DNA of 64,000 nucleotides from Psilocybe cubensis (Eukaryota): NCBI GenBank assembly GCA_017499595.2, contig CM039005.1, positions 1,364,001 to 1,428,000 of the forward strand, read 5' to 3'. Shown piece by piece: positions 51,417 to 64,000 of this stretch (position 1 is its first letter; each line of letters starts with the position of its first letter). The notes under the pieces were generated by a model. It saw only the letters and a program-made list of their open reading frames with translations, ran no database searches and was not told where the DNA came from. The position numbers and the translations under genes were made by a program.

Positions 51417-52642
51417 CATCGCGAAAACCACCAAAAACAAGCATTGCCTTTGTGTACTTTTAAGGTAAGTCCGGAATTAGGTGACCTAACCTAGCCAATC
51501 AAAATATTCAGTGACCTTGGATTGCCTTTGAAAGGTCAGCCAATCATTTGTTGACCTTTGAGTGCCATTTTAATATTAAGTCTCATTTGAATTAATGGTA
51601 AAAAATTGATCATACATATGGTGTAAAAGAATTATATGCTTTGCTTTCTTTTCTATGACTATTATATGTCTTGTCATGCATTCAGACCCTAAGCATTAGT
51701 GTAAAATTTTCTTGTTTATCAAGCCTTACTTGAAAATTAAAAAGCGAACAAATATTTAGACAAGTGTTGTAGAGTGATCAACAATTTTGTGGACAATTCA
51801 TTGACCATCAAATATTTAGAATAAGCTTGCATTGTCGAAGCAACTTTTTACAGCATCGTCACACATTAAAAATACGGAATTCGTCGCTCCTCAAAGATGA
51901 AGTCTGTCAGTAATCACATGATACCAAAGTCAGACATTGGGGTCCCTGAAATTGGGGACGTTTGACTTTAAAGACGCTTGCACCAATTTCAAGCACACAA
52001 TCAACTCCTTTCCACTTACTCCCACCTGCTCTTGCCTTTGACTTTCTAATGCTGGCACAGATATAGTAAGTTTCTTTTCAAACAAACCTTCAAGCTTCAA
52101 GAATCACTGATGTTATTGTGACGAGTCCATTGTCAGTTCTAGGTTTTAGAGTACCTCACCCCAACACGAGTCGGAAGATCTCACTGGCTTTCACTTACTC
52201 TGACAACGACCTCCGCCATCCTGAACCCGTGTTTGGTGTGTGTTTATACGTGATTTCATAATGTCACCTCTCAGTCAGTGTGACCAATATTCGGTTGTTG
52301 TAAATAAATTATATTTATAATGCTACCGTTGATTCGAAATACATATTTTTATTGCTATTTTATTAATCAATGTCCGAAGAAATCGAAGAGCAAATCAGGA
52401 AACCGGTCAAAGAGGAAGCTTCTTCAAAATGTTAAATAATTTTTGCCCTGCCTTCCAAGGTCTACTAAGGGCAACTAAGGATGACCGAATCTACTAAGGA
52501 TTACCAAAAATACTAATTATAACATGTCCTTACTTGTAAGTGCTTACAAGTAAGGCCATTTATTATCTTAGCGGCCTTAGTGTCCTTAGCTGCCTTTAAT
52601 AACAATATATTATCTGGCAAGTTTTTGGCGGTTTTGGCGATG
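51417..52642. mobile_element. Non-autonomous TIR DNA element (1,226 bp)
   Basis: 22-bp TIRs with 2 mismatches (51417-51438, 52621-52642), AA on both flanks, AT-rich interior; interrupts the third repeat copy. Confidence 0.7.
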
Positions 52643-53189
52643 AAATTCGTTCAGTGATGGCATCATCGGCATTTCAAAACGATCAATTTTGAACACTCGT
52701 TCCGAGTTCGTTATCTTCATTTCTGCATCGTTTTTGGTCAAAAACAAAGTATAATCACATAAAAGTTATACTCTAAAGCTTCTATTCCCCAGTTTTCGGA
52801 AGAAAAGGAGTATGGGAAGGTGGGTAAACCGAATCAGTGATTAAAATGAACGTCACGGTCTGATCAATAATTAGTCGATACTGTCCGACGGCTATGCCGA
52901 GTGATCGCCGGGAAACCCAGCTCCAACGGAATGCCCATTATTGCCCAACAGAACGTTGTCCTACACTGTACAGACACTTACTTGTTAAAATGGAAATATG
53001 TACGAAGCTTTGGCCGCGGGACTCGTACATACCAGTGCCATCCCAAAGCTAGTGTCCCACTACCAACTTGTTATATCGCTTATCAGAAACCAAACGTTAG
53101 GGTAGGGTACCTGGCAACTTTGTCAATACTTAGACTTGACGCCGGATTCACAGTGTACTATAATGCTGAATAGATGAAATGTTCTTTCT

Positions 53190-53600
53190 TTGTGCGTGCG
53201 TGCGCGTACTCGCGTACTCGTAGTGCTCGAGGTCTGAATCCACTTGATAATTGATAATTGATCAGGATTAGTACGTCTCCACTGAACCTCAAATTCTCAA
53301 CTACCTCAAGTTTCAAAATTCAACCACGGCCACGCGAGGGTGCGTGGTGCATTGTGTATTGTGTATTGTGTATTGTGCATTGTGTATTGGGAGAACAGCA
53401 CCGTGCCAGTGACGCTTGTTATTTTCGTTTTTGTTGACCTCTCTCCGAGTCTCTCTCTCGCTGTGTGTGTGTATGTCATGTAAGCCTGCTTTGATCCGGA
53501 GGAGGATAAGGTAAGACGGACTGCAGACTATGCCGGCGCTGTGTACATTACTTATATCGTATATGCTGTACAGTGGTTGGTGTTGGTGTTGGTGTATGTA
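53190..53600 (+). pseudogene. Second degenerate copy of the DAM1 3' end and 3' UTR, with microsatellite expansions
   Basis: GTAGTGCTCGAG, GGAGAACAGCAC, GAT.CGGAGGA..ATAAG..AGACGGAC and GCTGTACA.TGGTTGG...GTGTATGTAA match 45066-45349; (ATTGTGT)n at 53351-53389. Confidence 0.7.
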
Positions 53601-53704
53601 ATTATACTTGAACACTGTTGTAATCCCCGGTCGTGCGGAAGGTGAATTGAGATCGAAGCTCCCTTTCCCAGACCTAAACCCAGACCCAGACACAAGTTCC
53701 AACA

Positions 53705-54671
53705 TCACTGTATGCGCACTGTACCATCCGACAACGCAGCTTTCGCGATCACCAAAGAAGCTGACTTGATGTATATGTAGAACGGGAACACTGTAATAAT
53801 AATAATAATAGCAATAAAAGAAAAAATTGTAAGCGATTCAGAAGATGCATTTGTTGAGGTTTCGCGCTTACGCATTGAGCTTGCCCAAGTAATTGTTCTA
53901 CGAAATGAAATGAAAAGGGATGAAGGGGTGAAGGGGTGAAAAGTTTGTCAGACCCATCGGGGGAAAAGGGAACAAGGGCAAAGGGGAAAGGGAAATAGGC
54001 AGGCGTACCTCAATCCAGCGGTTTTCTGGCTTGATTGGTTGAAATAGATGTAGTTGTAGATAACCCTCCAGACGAGGCTACACAAAAATCGTCAATATGG
54101 ATAGTTAGCATATCTTATCTTGACTCTGGACCAGCATGAGGGAATGGTCAATGGACGATGGAAAACTCACTAGAGCCCCGATGCGACGTTCAAAGAGGCT
54201 GTATCCATCCCTGCGTAGTTGCCCGCGAGAACGGCGAGTCCGAAGAAAGGGAGGCTTTCAAGTCCGTTCTACACACACACACGCACACACCATCGGAGTG
54301 AGAACTTTTGAGCCTCATGAATGAACGAGATTGACATGCACGCACGTTGTGGGCGCCTTCGATGCGCTGTAGCCGCGCGAGGATCTCGGGTGGTACGCCT
54401 TTCTTTTCGAGTCTGGCGGGGTTGCCGCGGGGTTGGACGCTGTCGGAGGCAGGTCAGGATGTAAAGTGTGATGCGGAGGGACTCAAGGAGTCGTACTTGT
54501 TGAACCCGGCTACTCGCTTGATGAGTGCGGACTGGGTGCGGGTGGACTCAGTGAGATTGTATAGGATTGGAATGGTGGTTAAGAGCGTACTTTGGCGTAG
54601 GCTGGGTAGTAGGTGATGATCCACATGAGCGGGATCGCGTACAGTGAGAGCGGAGTGGAGAGCGAAACCAT
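53705..54671 (-). CDS. MAPEG-family membrane protein, paralogue 1
   Basis: MVSLSTPLSLYAIPLMWIITYYPAYAK|...VQPRGN...RLQRIEGAHN|NGLESLPFFGLAVLAGNYAG...RVIYNYIYF; short multi-intron gene. Confidence 0.85.
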
Positions 54672-55301
54672 GACGGGACGGGGCGCGAGGAGGTGGGTGG
54701 TGGTGGTAGCAGGGAACAAAGGGGGAATGTATATCAGAGGGCATATATGCCCGCCCCTCAGGCTTGCATCGGCGCTGACGTGTTACGTTACAGTATATGT
54801 ATACATACATTCCAGTCAGTCAAATCCGCACATGCTGATCACGGAGAGGGATTGTCATGCAACATGGCAGCATTCGCGTTGAGAGATTGGCGGGTTGCAT
54901 GTTCAATTGTCGGTTGGCTGTCGGTGGACCCACAAGCTACGCGTGAGATCACGGAAGGCGCGTGGGTGGAGAGGGATGTGCGAGGAAGTAAAAGAGGCGG
55001 GTGTGATTTCCCATCAAAGTCCAATTCATTCAGTGACCGATAGCATGCATTGATACAAATACACATCCAACATGATAGCAATCTACACTAGCAAGCAATT
55101 ACAAAAAAGCAGTACATACAAACAGCAGCGAAGAAAACAAAAAAGCAATGAAATGAAGAGCGAATAGAGGATATTATCTACGTGTACATCTACTAATATT
55201 ACAAAAACTACACTAAATTAAAAAGATAAATTAAAAAAACTGAAAGAGAGAGTCAGTGCTGATCATGATAGAGAGAAAGACCATATACCTTTTAATCGCT
55301 C

Positions 55302-58300
55302 TCACCTTTTTGACTGCCCCTTGAACCGACCATTAACACGGACTCGAAGGCGCGAGGAGATCGGGCCATCATCCGATGGCAGAGTGCGAACACGCTTGAC
55401 AGGCCTCTGCTCTGCCTCGTCCCGTGTCCCCTCTTCCCCTGCTTTCGATCCCGACGGCGAGCTGCTAGGTGGCGTCGAACAGTCCTCGTCCTCCGAGTCG
55501 CGACAGCGTTTGCGCGATGCGTTGGACACCGCTAGTACTTCTGGAACCGAAACCGGCGCTGGCGTCGCTGTGTCCTTGTGCTCCGCGTCGGTGTGCGCCG
55601 TTTCGTCCAGCGTGGCTGTCGTCGCCGCTGCCGCCGTTACCCTTTCGGTCGCTGCCGCCGTAGCCGTCTCCATGACTGGCGCTGCCGCCATAGCCGTAGC
55701 CGTCTCCGTCACTGGCGCTGCCTCCGTTGCCGCTGCCTCCGTTGCCTCTGCCACCTTGCTCAAGCCTGCGCTGGGCCCAGGATCGGTCCGTTGCCGCTTC
55801 ACAACCCTTCCAAAATCGGTGTCGACGTGTGCGCCGTACACCTCCTCCACTCGCCGCTTCCTCGACGTCCTCTGCGGTGCCGCCTCGACGTTGGCGATAC
55901 GCCCTGCGTCCGTGGGAACCTCCGCAGTGGTGGTATCCTCCGCGCTGTCGACCTGTGCCGGTACGGTGCTTGAAACTGTGACCGTCTCAGCAACTTGAAC
56001 CTGTTGAATGAAAATAAAAATTAGGAATGTTTAAATTATGTTTGGACACGAAAAAAAGAGAGAGCGCACCGCTTCTTCGACACCTTTATCCTCCGAGTCC
56101 TCCGAGAGTTCCTTCTTACCATCGCCATCTTCAGAACCAGTAGTAGCAGTCTACACAAACAAAGGAACAAGATAATCAGCACAACAGCACTAACAGACAC
56201 CATCACACCACACAAGCACCAAAAAAAACACCTACACCATCGATTTCGGCCTTCGCTACTGTCTCTTCCGAGCCTTCAGACGGCTCAGGCATCACCAGGC
56301 GTCCCTCAATACCCCGCGGCTCGGACGATGGGCAGGCTGTCGCTTGCGTCGTACGGGCTTTTAGGCATCCATCTCCGAGCGGCTTTCTGGTATTGACAGA
56401 CTCCTCAGTGGCATCCTTCTCTTCCTCCTCCGCCGGCACACCATGGCCCAGGCCAGCTTCGTGGCCCTCTCCATGGTCCGCGTCGGCGGAGGTCCTGATC
56501 TCGATGGCAGGTGCCAGAAGAGCAGGCGGCGCGCAAGGGAGAGCGTCCTCTCCCTTTCCCGCCTCCTCCTCCCTTGCCGTGCTACCGTCGGATGTACTTA
56601 CTGTAACGACCTCGGTACGGTCCGAGGCGTGGCCGGCATTAACGGGTGGTGGTGGTGTCTTCGATGGTTCTGCTACTGGTCCTGGTTCTGATACTGCTTC
56701 GGTTGATGGCGTCGATGTCGAAGGGTCCTCGGTCGGCACGTGCGGCGGTGGTGTCGATGTCAATATTGCTGGTGGCGGGGTCGATATTGTCGGCGGCGGC
56801 GGCGGTGTTACTCGAGCGGGGGCCGGATCACTAGCCTGTGTTTCAACCCAAGCCTCAGTCAACACCTCTCGCGCGCGTTGCACAGACCGATAATTGGCCT
56901 TTTCAGCCGTGTACCATTGCGCTGGCACTGACACTGGAACTGGCACTGGCGCTGCCTGTGGAACGTCGAACGCCGGTTCAGCTAGCACGTTGAAGTCGGG
57001 TTCGAACTCGACTTCCATGGCTACGTGCAGCTGCGGCATTGGCTGGGGATATAGGTGCGAGTGCGGCTGGGGCTGGGGCTGGGGCAGTGGGTGCGGGTGC
57101 GGGTGAGGTTGTGGGGCTGGGTGAGGTTGTGGGTGTGGGTGTGGTGGCAGCTGCTGCACATCCTCCATTAGCTCCTCCTTGTCGTAGAAGGCGGCGCTTA
57201 GAGTGCTGTGGGCCGGTTGTTGGTGCTCAGCGGTAGCGGCGGCGGTCTGCTGTCTCCATTCCGCCACTCTCTATTGTAAAAAATAAAAAATAAAAGTAAG
57301 TCATGGATCACATAAAACGCACAAAATGTTGCGAGAAGAACTTGATGAAGGTGAAGATGAAAGCACAAAAACTTGGACATGATACGAACCTTGAATGTGG
57401 CGTCCGCCATTTCCGAGTCGGAGATCGGGCTGGCGGGTCGCAGGTGTCCGTTGTCGCGCCATTGCAATGGGTTCTATCATATCAAAAACGCTCATAGTCA
57501 GCTTTGAATATCATGTACAATATAGACGACTTCGTACCCATTGCAAATGGGCCTGCGGCTCGTGGACTTGCGGTGCCTGCAAACAAAAGTTGCGAGTGTC
57601 AATAAAGTGCAAGAAAAGTATGTATGTATGGCTTGGACTACAAACCGGCATAAAACTCGACATAATCTCGTCGAGCGTATTGACAGGCCGTACCTACAAA
57701 TAAAAATCAAACAATCACATTAATCAATCTCAATATACTTCACAGTACGGGGGGCAATAACTTACGTCGAGCTCCCAGTTATCCTCCATCTTCATTTCAA
57801 CGTCTTGAGGATGCCATCGCGGTGAGAAGTCCGGGTACTCGAGGTCCTAAATCACACAAATTAACATTTGTTTTGAGTCAGAAAATGCACACTATAAAAA
57901 ACCAAAATAAAAAGAAAAGGAAAGAAGAGAAGAGACTTACAGGCAGCTCAATGTCGATATCGATATCCTCATCTGAATCCAGCTTGATTGGCGCATAACC
58001 ACTGCGCTGGTAGTTCAGACTCTGCAAATCGCCACAATATCAAGCAATACAAGATAAATAATAAAAAGAATAAAAATAAAAAGAAATAGAAATAGAAAAA
58101 GAGCGAGTCAGAAAGTGTTTCCAACAACTTGAACATTTGCAAAAAAACACTTACTCCAACCTGGATCTGCACTTGACTACTGGACGGAGCCAGTAAATCC
58201 GGAGCCGGTGCACCAAATGGCAATGGCAGGCTTTGTTGCTGCTGCTATTGTTCAATAGGTATAAGCATCAAGTAGGAGATACAGAGCAAAGACGTTGCGT

Positions 58301-61300
58301 ACGGGTGCATTGCCGGCCGTTGTGTAAACCTGCGATGACGATGACTCGGCATGCGGCTGGAATGGGTGTGTGGTGCTTGACCACCGGCCGGCGTCGTCTA
58401 GGAATGCCTGGAAGGAAAGAGAAAGTATATGGTTAGGTATATGTCAACGTGATGAAAAAGAAAAAGAAATGAAATGAATGCTTTTACTTACAGGCACCTG
58501 CTGCGAAATCGGATGGCGCGGTACAGGCTCGTAGATCTGTAACGCGCGGGGTTGCTAATGTCCAAAAAAAAGGTTAATCAGTACACAAAATACCAACGCG
58601 AACTCGCACTGAAAGTGTGAAAGGCACGGGTACGTACACTTGGATTCCCAATCGCCATTGACGGCGATTGGACGACGACGGAGGTACTGGCCAGGACGGA
58701 CGTGGGCACTTGCAACCCACTGTATTGCGGGAAAATTGGATTCTACAACCAAATACCAGTCAGTTAGTTATGATTCATAAATGGAGGAACTTGGACACTC
58801 ACCATCGACATCCCCACACCCGCACTAAACAAGCCATTCTGGATCGGCTGCCCATCTATTCTATCGTACTTATAGTTCAGCAAGTCCTATTACAGAACAT
58901 GATAATCAAACGTTAGCTCGGATAAAGTAAAAAAAAACATGGATGATGAGGAAACTTACCAAGTTGGCCATTACCTGATTTTGAACCTGAGCTTGAGCCG
59001 GGATCTGTGGAGGTGCCGATTGCACTACAGGCGGTGGCGCATCAGGCACAGCGGCGGCGGTGGTGGTGGTGGTGGACGCGGACTGTTCAACGTCGGGCGC
59101 AGTGGTGGCGACAGTGGTGGACGGGGCGGCGGTGGCAGCATCTGTGGGTGCGGCGGCAGTGGCGGCATCTGTGGGCGCGGCGGCAGTGGCGGCATCTTCA
59201 AGCGCGGTGGCGGTGTCATCAGCAGACACGGTGGCAGTGACGGCTGTGGGCGCTTGATTATCGTCGTTCGCCGATCCATCATTACCACTACTCGTACTCG
59301 CCCGGGGATCCGACTCGTGAGGCTGAGAGACGCTGCCGTTGCCACTTGCTGATCCAGAGGCATCCGACGTTGGGTGCTCCGCAGTCTGCTCCGATATCGC
59401 CGCGGCGTTGGACTCGCGCTCTTCTAGCGATGGCGGCGTGTCAGTGATTGCAGCGGCGACGGTAGCGGTAGCCTCTTCAGCCTCGGGCACAGGTGCGGTG
59501 GTGCTGACATCCGCGGGCGCTTGATTGTCGCTCGACAAGCTGTCACTGCCGCTTGGAGTGGGATCCGACTGTGGGGAGGTACCGCTGCCGCTTGCAGAAG
59601 CATCCAGAGGGGATGCACCAGTGCCGTCTGCAGAGGGAACTGAAGGCGAGGTTCCGCTGGTGCTCGCATTGTTACCAGTATTCGCAGCACTGCTACTGGG
59701 TCCCGCAACCTCCATCCTCTCCATATACTCGTGCAACTTCGACCTATAGACGTAGTACGAGGGCTTCTTGACCGTTGGCATCGGTGCAGATGGCTGTTCC
59801 GAGCCACCTGCCTCCATTGGCTGGTCGGTACCCACCGGCGGCACACCTTGAGACGATAACGACGACCCGCTGGCGCTTCCAGAAGCTGAACCCGAAGCCT
59901 GGTTTGACGCAGGCTCGCTGATCTTGACCGCGATCAGCGCGCGGTCAAGCTCACCCGTTTTGCTTGGTGGAACAAGCGGCCGGCAGATTCGTGTGTCTGG
60001 GACATCACCCTCGGGCTCCATATCCGAGTCGTCATCCGAGTCGTCCTCCGAGTCGTCCTCCGAGTCGACTGACATCCCGCGTGGAAACGGGGTGTGTTGC
60101 CTCCTCGACTTTGAAATTGGCAAGGGCACCATTTCATCGTCAGATCCTGACTCGGAGCTCGAGTCATCATCGCTGTTGTCTTCCCTGCGCGATTTACCAG
60201 GCCGCTTGGACGGCTTGACGATGCGGGAATCCATCGCATCGTCCTCTGACTCCGACTCCGAGCTTGAGTCGTCGTCGTCCGAGCTACCATCGCCCGATTC
60301 ATCGGCACCCGACATTTTGGTGTCTGGAGTATTGTCGACGTCGATTGCATCCTGTGGTCCCTGTTCAGTAATATCGTCGTCCGAATCCGAGGCGTTGTCG
60401 TCGATATACTGGTCAAATGCTCGGGGTTGGTCAAAGCTGGATGACTGGACAATCGAGGTCGACGGCATGTCGTCAGCGCCTTGGTCTGAGCTTCCTTGTA
60501 CCGTCGGGTTGCGCTGCCGCCAGGAGCTCGACAAGCTCGCGAATCGCAGGTCGGAGCGGCGGGCCTGTAGTGGAAACGCCAGCGGTGTGCTGTGCGATAT
60601 CGCATCAGTTCCCGGTAGCACAATGGCCTCCAGCCGCTGCAGGCCGTTTTGAGCCGCCAATGCCCTCGATTCGTGCTGCGGAGGTGCCTTGGGAGCTTCC
60701 TCGCTCACCTCGCCGAAGTTGGCATCCTGATCTTGATAAAACAGTTGCCATCCCATAATCGCCATGGCCCTGTCGTAAGAAGTATTGACGCTTCTCTGAA
60801 TTTGGATGTCAGCGTAAAGCAAAGATGAAAAAAAAAAGTTAAAAAGCGCACAGGTTCTGCGTCCTCTAAATGTTGAAGGCGGTCTTCCTATATTGCAGAG
60901 ATGTACATCAGCGAAAATGTGCAAAAAGCTGTAGATAAAGGTTTTGTATCTCACCTCAGGCTCGTCTTCATTATCGATTGCTTTCCATTTACCCTTCAAT
61001 TCCCTCGAAGATGGTGGAGGCGGCGAGGATTCAGGATCACGATATTGAGTTTCCTATATCACAAAAATGTACATCAGTAAAAATGCGCGAACAGCTGTAA
61101 ACAAGACCAATTCATCTCACCTGTGATTGTCCAGGAGACCCCTCGTCACCGTCGTCGTCATTACCGGTCGCCTTTCCCTTGCCTTTATCCCTTGAGGAGG
61201 ATGGTGGAGGTGGTGAAGAGCCAGAGGGGCCGGTCGAGTCAGGTGTAATCCCAAAAATGGGATATGCGACCACGGGCGGTAAGGCGATCCGGATGTTGTT

Positions 61301-61920
61301 GATCCAGTCGTTGGCCCGGAATACAGGGAAGCTGGGGAAGCTGGGGAAGCCCCAGCTGGATTTACCTGTGATGATGGCGAGGAGATCGCTTGCAAGGGAA
61401 AACCCTGCGAAGCAATGCTCGCTGCTCCCGACCTTTGCATACCGAGCGCCTGCGAAGACCTTTGCAGTCGATGCGCAGATCCGCTCTGATGGGACTTGAC
61501 GGAGTGAAAATCTTGCCGAGCGCCTTGATCGATTCTGTTGGCGTTTGCGAGCAAGCAGAAACCGAAATTCTGCTCGGGAGGTGCCGGTGCGTCGAGAGAA
61601 GCGGATCGATTTCTTACCGCTTCTGTGGACTATCGATACCGCTCTGCGCTTTGAGGCAAATCGGCGGCCTGCAACCTTACGGGCTGGACGGATGGTAGAG
61701 CTGACGTGGTGGGGAGCAGGGGTGGTGGACCGGATGGCGCATTTCGCCGCATTGCGGCGCTTGCGATATCTTCGCCCGCTGGTTCCCTTAGCCTGTCCAG
61801 AGCTGCAAGACAAATATTAGCTCTTGGTGACAGACCCAGAAAAAGTGATGATGCTCACTGTCCGTTGCCGTTGATTAAACCGATTGTAATTGAGAAAATC
61901 ATGACCATGATGGTCATGAT
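55302..61920 (-). CDS. Very long low-complexity orphan gene (possibly two adjacent genes)
   Basis: Large open exons (61112-61813, 58958-60797, 56234-57272, 55302-56001) linked by many small exons with canonical splice sites; shares a module with 11910-12850. Confidence 0.6.
59120..59200. repeat. 27-bp coding tandem repeat (DAATAAAPT, about 3 copies)
   Basis: GGCGGCAGTGGCGGCATCTGTGGG(C/T)GC repeated. Confidence 0.85.
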
Positions 61921-62913
61921 TATAATAAATGCTAATAGCGCGTCAAAAGACGCGCATAGCGGACCCAACGTGGTCCAAGGGAGCCTTGCCCCCGTCATAG
62001 TGTATACAGTTTACTAGAGCAGATGTGCTGAAGAGTGAGATGGCGACTGCTCAGAAAGAAAGAGGTATTTCAGAGGGGGAACTACACGCCCCAGATGTGT
62101 GTGTAGATCTTTGAGTGGCGCGACGTTATTTTGGACAAAAGGGTGCTTCGACTCGGAGCGGCCGATCCCATGGATTAGGCGTTCTGTCACCTGAAAGGGG
62201 TACCTTATCTCTCAAAGTGGACGAAACAGATATAAAAAGACAGAAGATCCCGGGATCACAGAAATTCTCCATGATTTTGGACTGTCACATTGAAAGCCTT
62301 CGACGTTCGGCGAGTTGCACGGAAAAGGCAGCAAGTTGGTGTGATCGTGGACGCGGTGAAATTAACACATGTGAACCTGCCAAGTTGCTGATGTCATCTT
62401 ACAGAATCCAAAAAAGGAAAATAACTGAAGAGAAGAGTGTGGTCAGTGACAGGTTCACTGCCTTTTCCACTCACCCTACGTACGCCTTCTCAGTGCCTTG
62501 TTCCACCCTGCCCGACCCCAGATTTATCAGATTGTCTTCTCTCCAGTGTTATTACCCAGCTCTCTCAGTCTTTCTCACAGAGCACACAAGTTGCAATCCA
62601 TCGATAAGGGACTTGTGTGCGACGCCGAAGATGCAGGACTAACGGGTACGGCCGCCCGACGCCAGTTATGTGTTCTGAGGTCCAGCTCGTCCATAGTCCA
62701 CAGTCCCCTCGGAACTCACGGGAAAGCGTAGTGTGGAATCCCTGATTCATTCGACAGCGGTGAGAAATAAATGCCATTCAAGTCCCCCTCCGGGGTTCTT
62801 TTTCTACAAACGGTTTTTTCTGATAGATTACAGTCGCCTTGACTCATACCAGTATGTGAAAGTGCGATTACAATCTCTTCTGCCTCCGACCGACCCTAAC
62901 CCACGGCCATTGT

Positions 62914-63794
62914 TCATGCCTTGTTCGCAATCGACCCTGCAGCCTTGAAAAGAATTCTCAACGGGTGTGCTATCGAGATGTCAGAGTAGGTAGGAAAAGG
63001 TTCACGACGATACTCACATAGTCCAAAGAAGAACACAGCGGTGCTTTAAGGTGCTCATGATGAGCACGAGTTATATTCTACGAAGCCCCTGACTCACCGA
63101 ACCCAACCCTTTCCAATCCCGTTAAAATGAATGTAAATCGTGTTATACACGAGTCTGGTCGCGACACTGTAACGAGTCAACACCTCATCAGCACCCAGAA
63201 CCAGGAAACTAAATTATTCCCCGGACATCGGGAGCACTCACTACGTCAACGACATCGTGTTCAGATATCGGTTATCCAGGCCCGCGATACTCCCGACTAT
63301 CTGTACACACAATCAGAAGCGAATCAGCCCCTGCCCACTGAGAAGTCGAAGTCGAACCGGAAACGGCTCTCACAAGCCAGTGGCGACGAGCCACTCGGTT
63401 CGCATGCGGTATACGATACTCACGATGGCTGCGAACCAGATGGGCATGTTCTCGTTCCCGTTTAGATGTGCTCCTTCCATCTGGGATAGCGTCTGGGAGC
63501 TGCTCGCGGTGACTCGCCCTTGCAGGTTCTGAGCCCTCGGAGAGACGCTACACGCACATCATGGCGTTATTAGTCAATTTGATTATCAAACCCTCAAGGG
63601 TGGACTCGGACGTACTTGTTGTACCCGACTGAGTTGTTGATTTTCATGAACTATGTGTATTACTTATTAGGCATCTGCTTCTGCGCGAGCGGCGAGCAGA
63701 AATGCCTCACCCTCAATGAGCCAGGATAGAACGCCGAGAACCACACGGCGGGGATGGAATAAAAGTACAGAGGCTTATCGAGAAGGCTTGCCAT
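62914..63794 (-). CDS. MAPEG-family membrane protein, paralogue 2
   Basis: MASLLDKPLYFYSIPAVWFSAFYPGSLR|FMKINNSVGYNN|VSPRAQ...QMEGAHLNGNENMPIWFAAI|IVGSIAGLDNRYLN...RLVYNTIYI. Confidence 0.85.
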
Positions 63795-64000
63795 TGTGCC
63801 AGAAAATGCTTGGGGGGAAATGCGTACTGTGAAAAGCTTCACCGGCCGACTTCTGTCTGCCTTTTTATACTCTGGGCCGTGCGTATTCATTCATGATTTG
63901 TGCGTTAAGATGTTTAATTCCGGTCATTTCTTGTGCACGCTTGACTTCGACACGGGAACATTATTCACCCTAGCTCACCTTTAGCGAATACCCAGTGACC

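Noticed and set aside
59924..60652. 242-aa plus-strand ORF and similar antisense ORFs at 55321-55998 and 33459-34070
   Set aside because: Antisense shadows of minus-strand coding exons.
53705..63794. One MAPEG gene split by a 9-kb insertion
   Set aside because: Each locus has its own start exon and complete downstream exons, so they are two paralogues.

Overview
Intron-rich fungal genomic DNA, most consistent with an Agaricomycete (mushroom). Evidence is short GT-AG introns with CTAAC-type branch sites, AgaK1-like kinases and basidiomycete-type housekeeping genes. A conserved core (ERV25/p24, a RING-H2 protein, SEC23, condensin YCG1, DASH subunit DAM1, two MAPEG paralogues) is interleaved with accessory DNA. 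The accessory DNA holds four tandem kinase paralogues plus a fragment, several long low-complexity orphan genes, a duplicated secreted cysteine-rich gene, and mobile elements. The most striking item is a 1,583-bp LTR element (8281-9863, minus strand) with apparently identical 277-bp LTRs, a 5-bp TSD and a PPT. It has a Tf1-like self-priming signature in place of a tRNA PBS, and one ORF encoding a KH RNA-binding domain protein with no capsid, RT or integrase. Second is a duplicated secreted protein whose C-terminal domain resembles, from memory, the insect allergen Tha p 2; it sits in a cassette bracketed by repeats of the DAM1 3' end. Gene boundaries were read by eye, and family calls are from motif recognition, not database searches.
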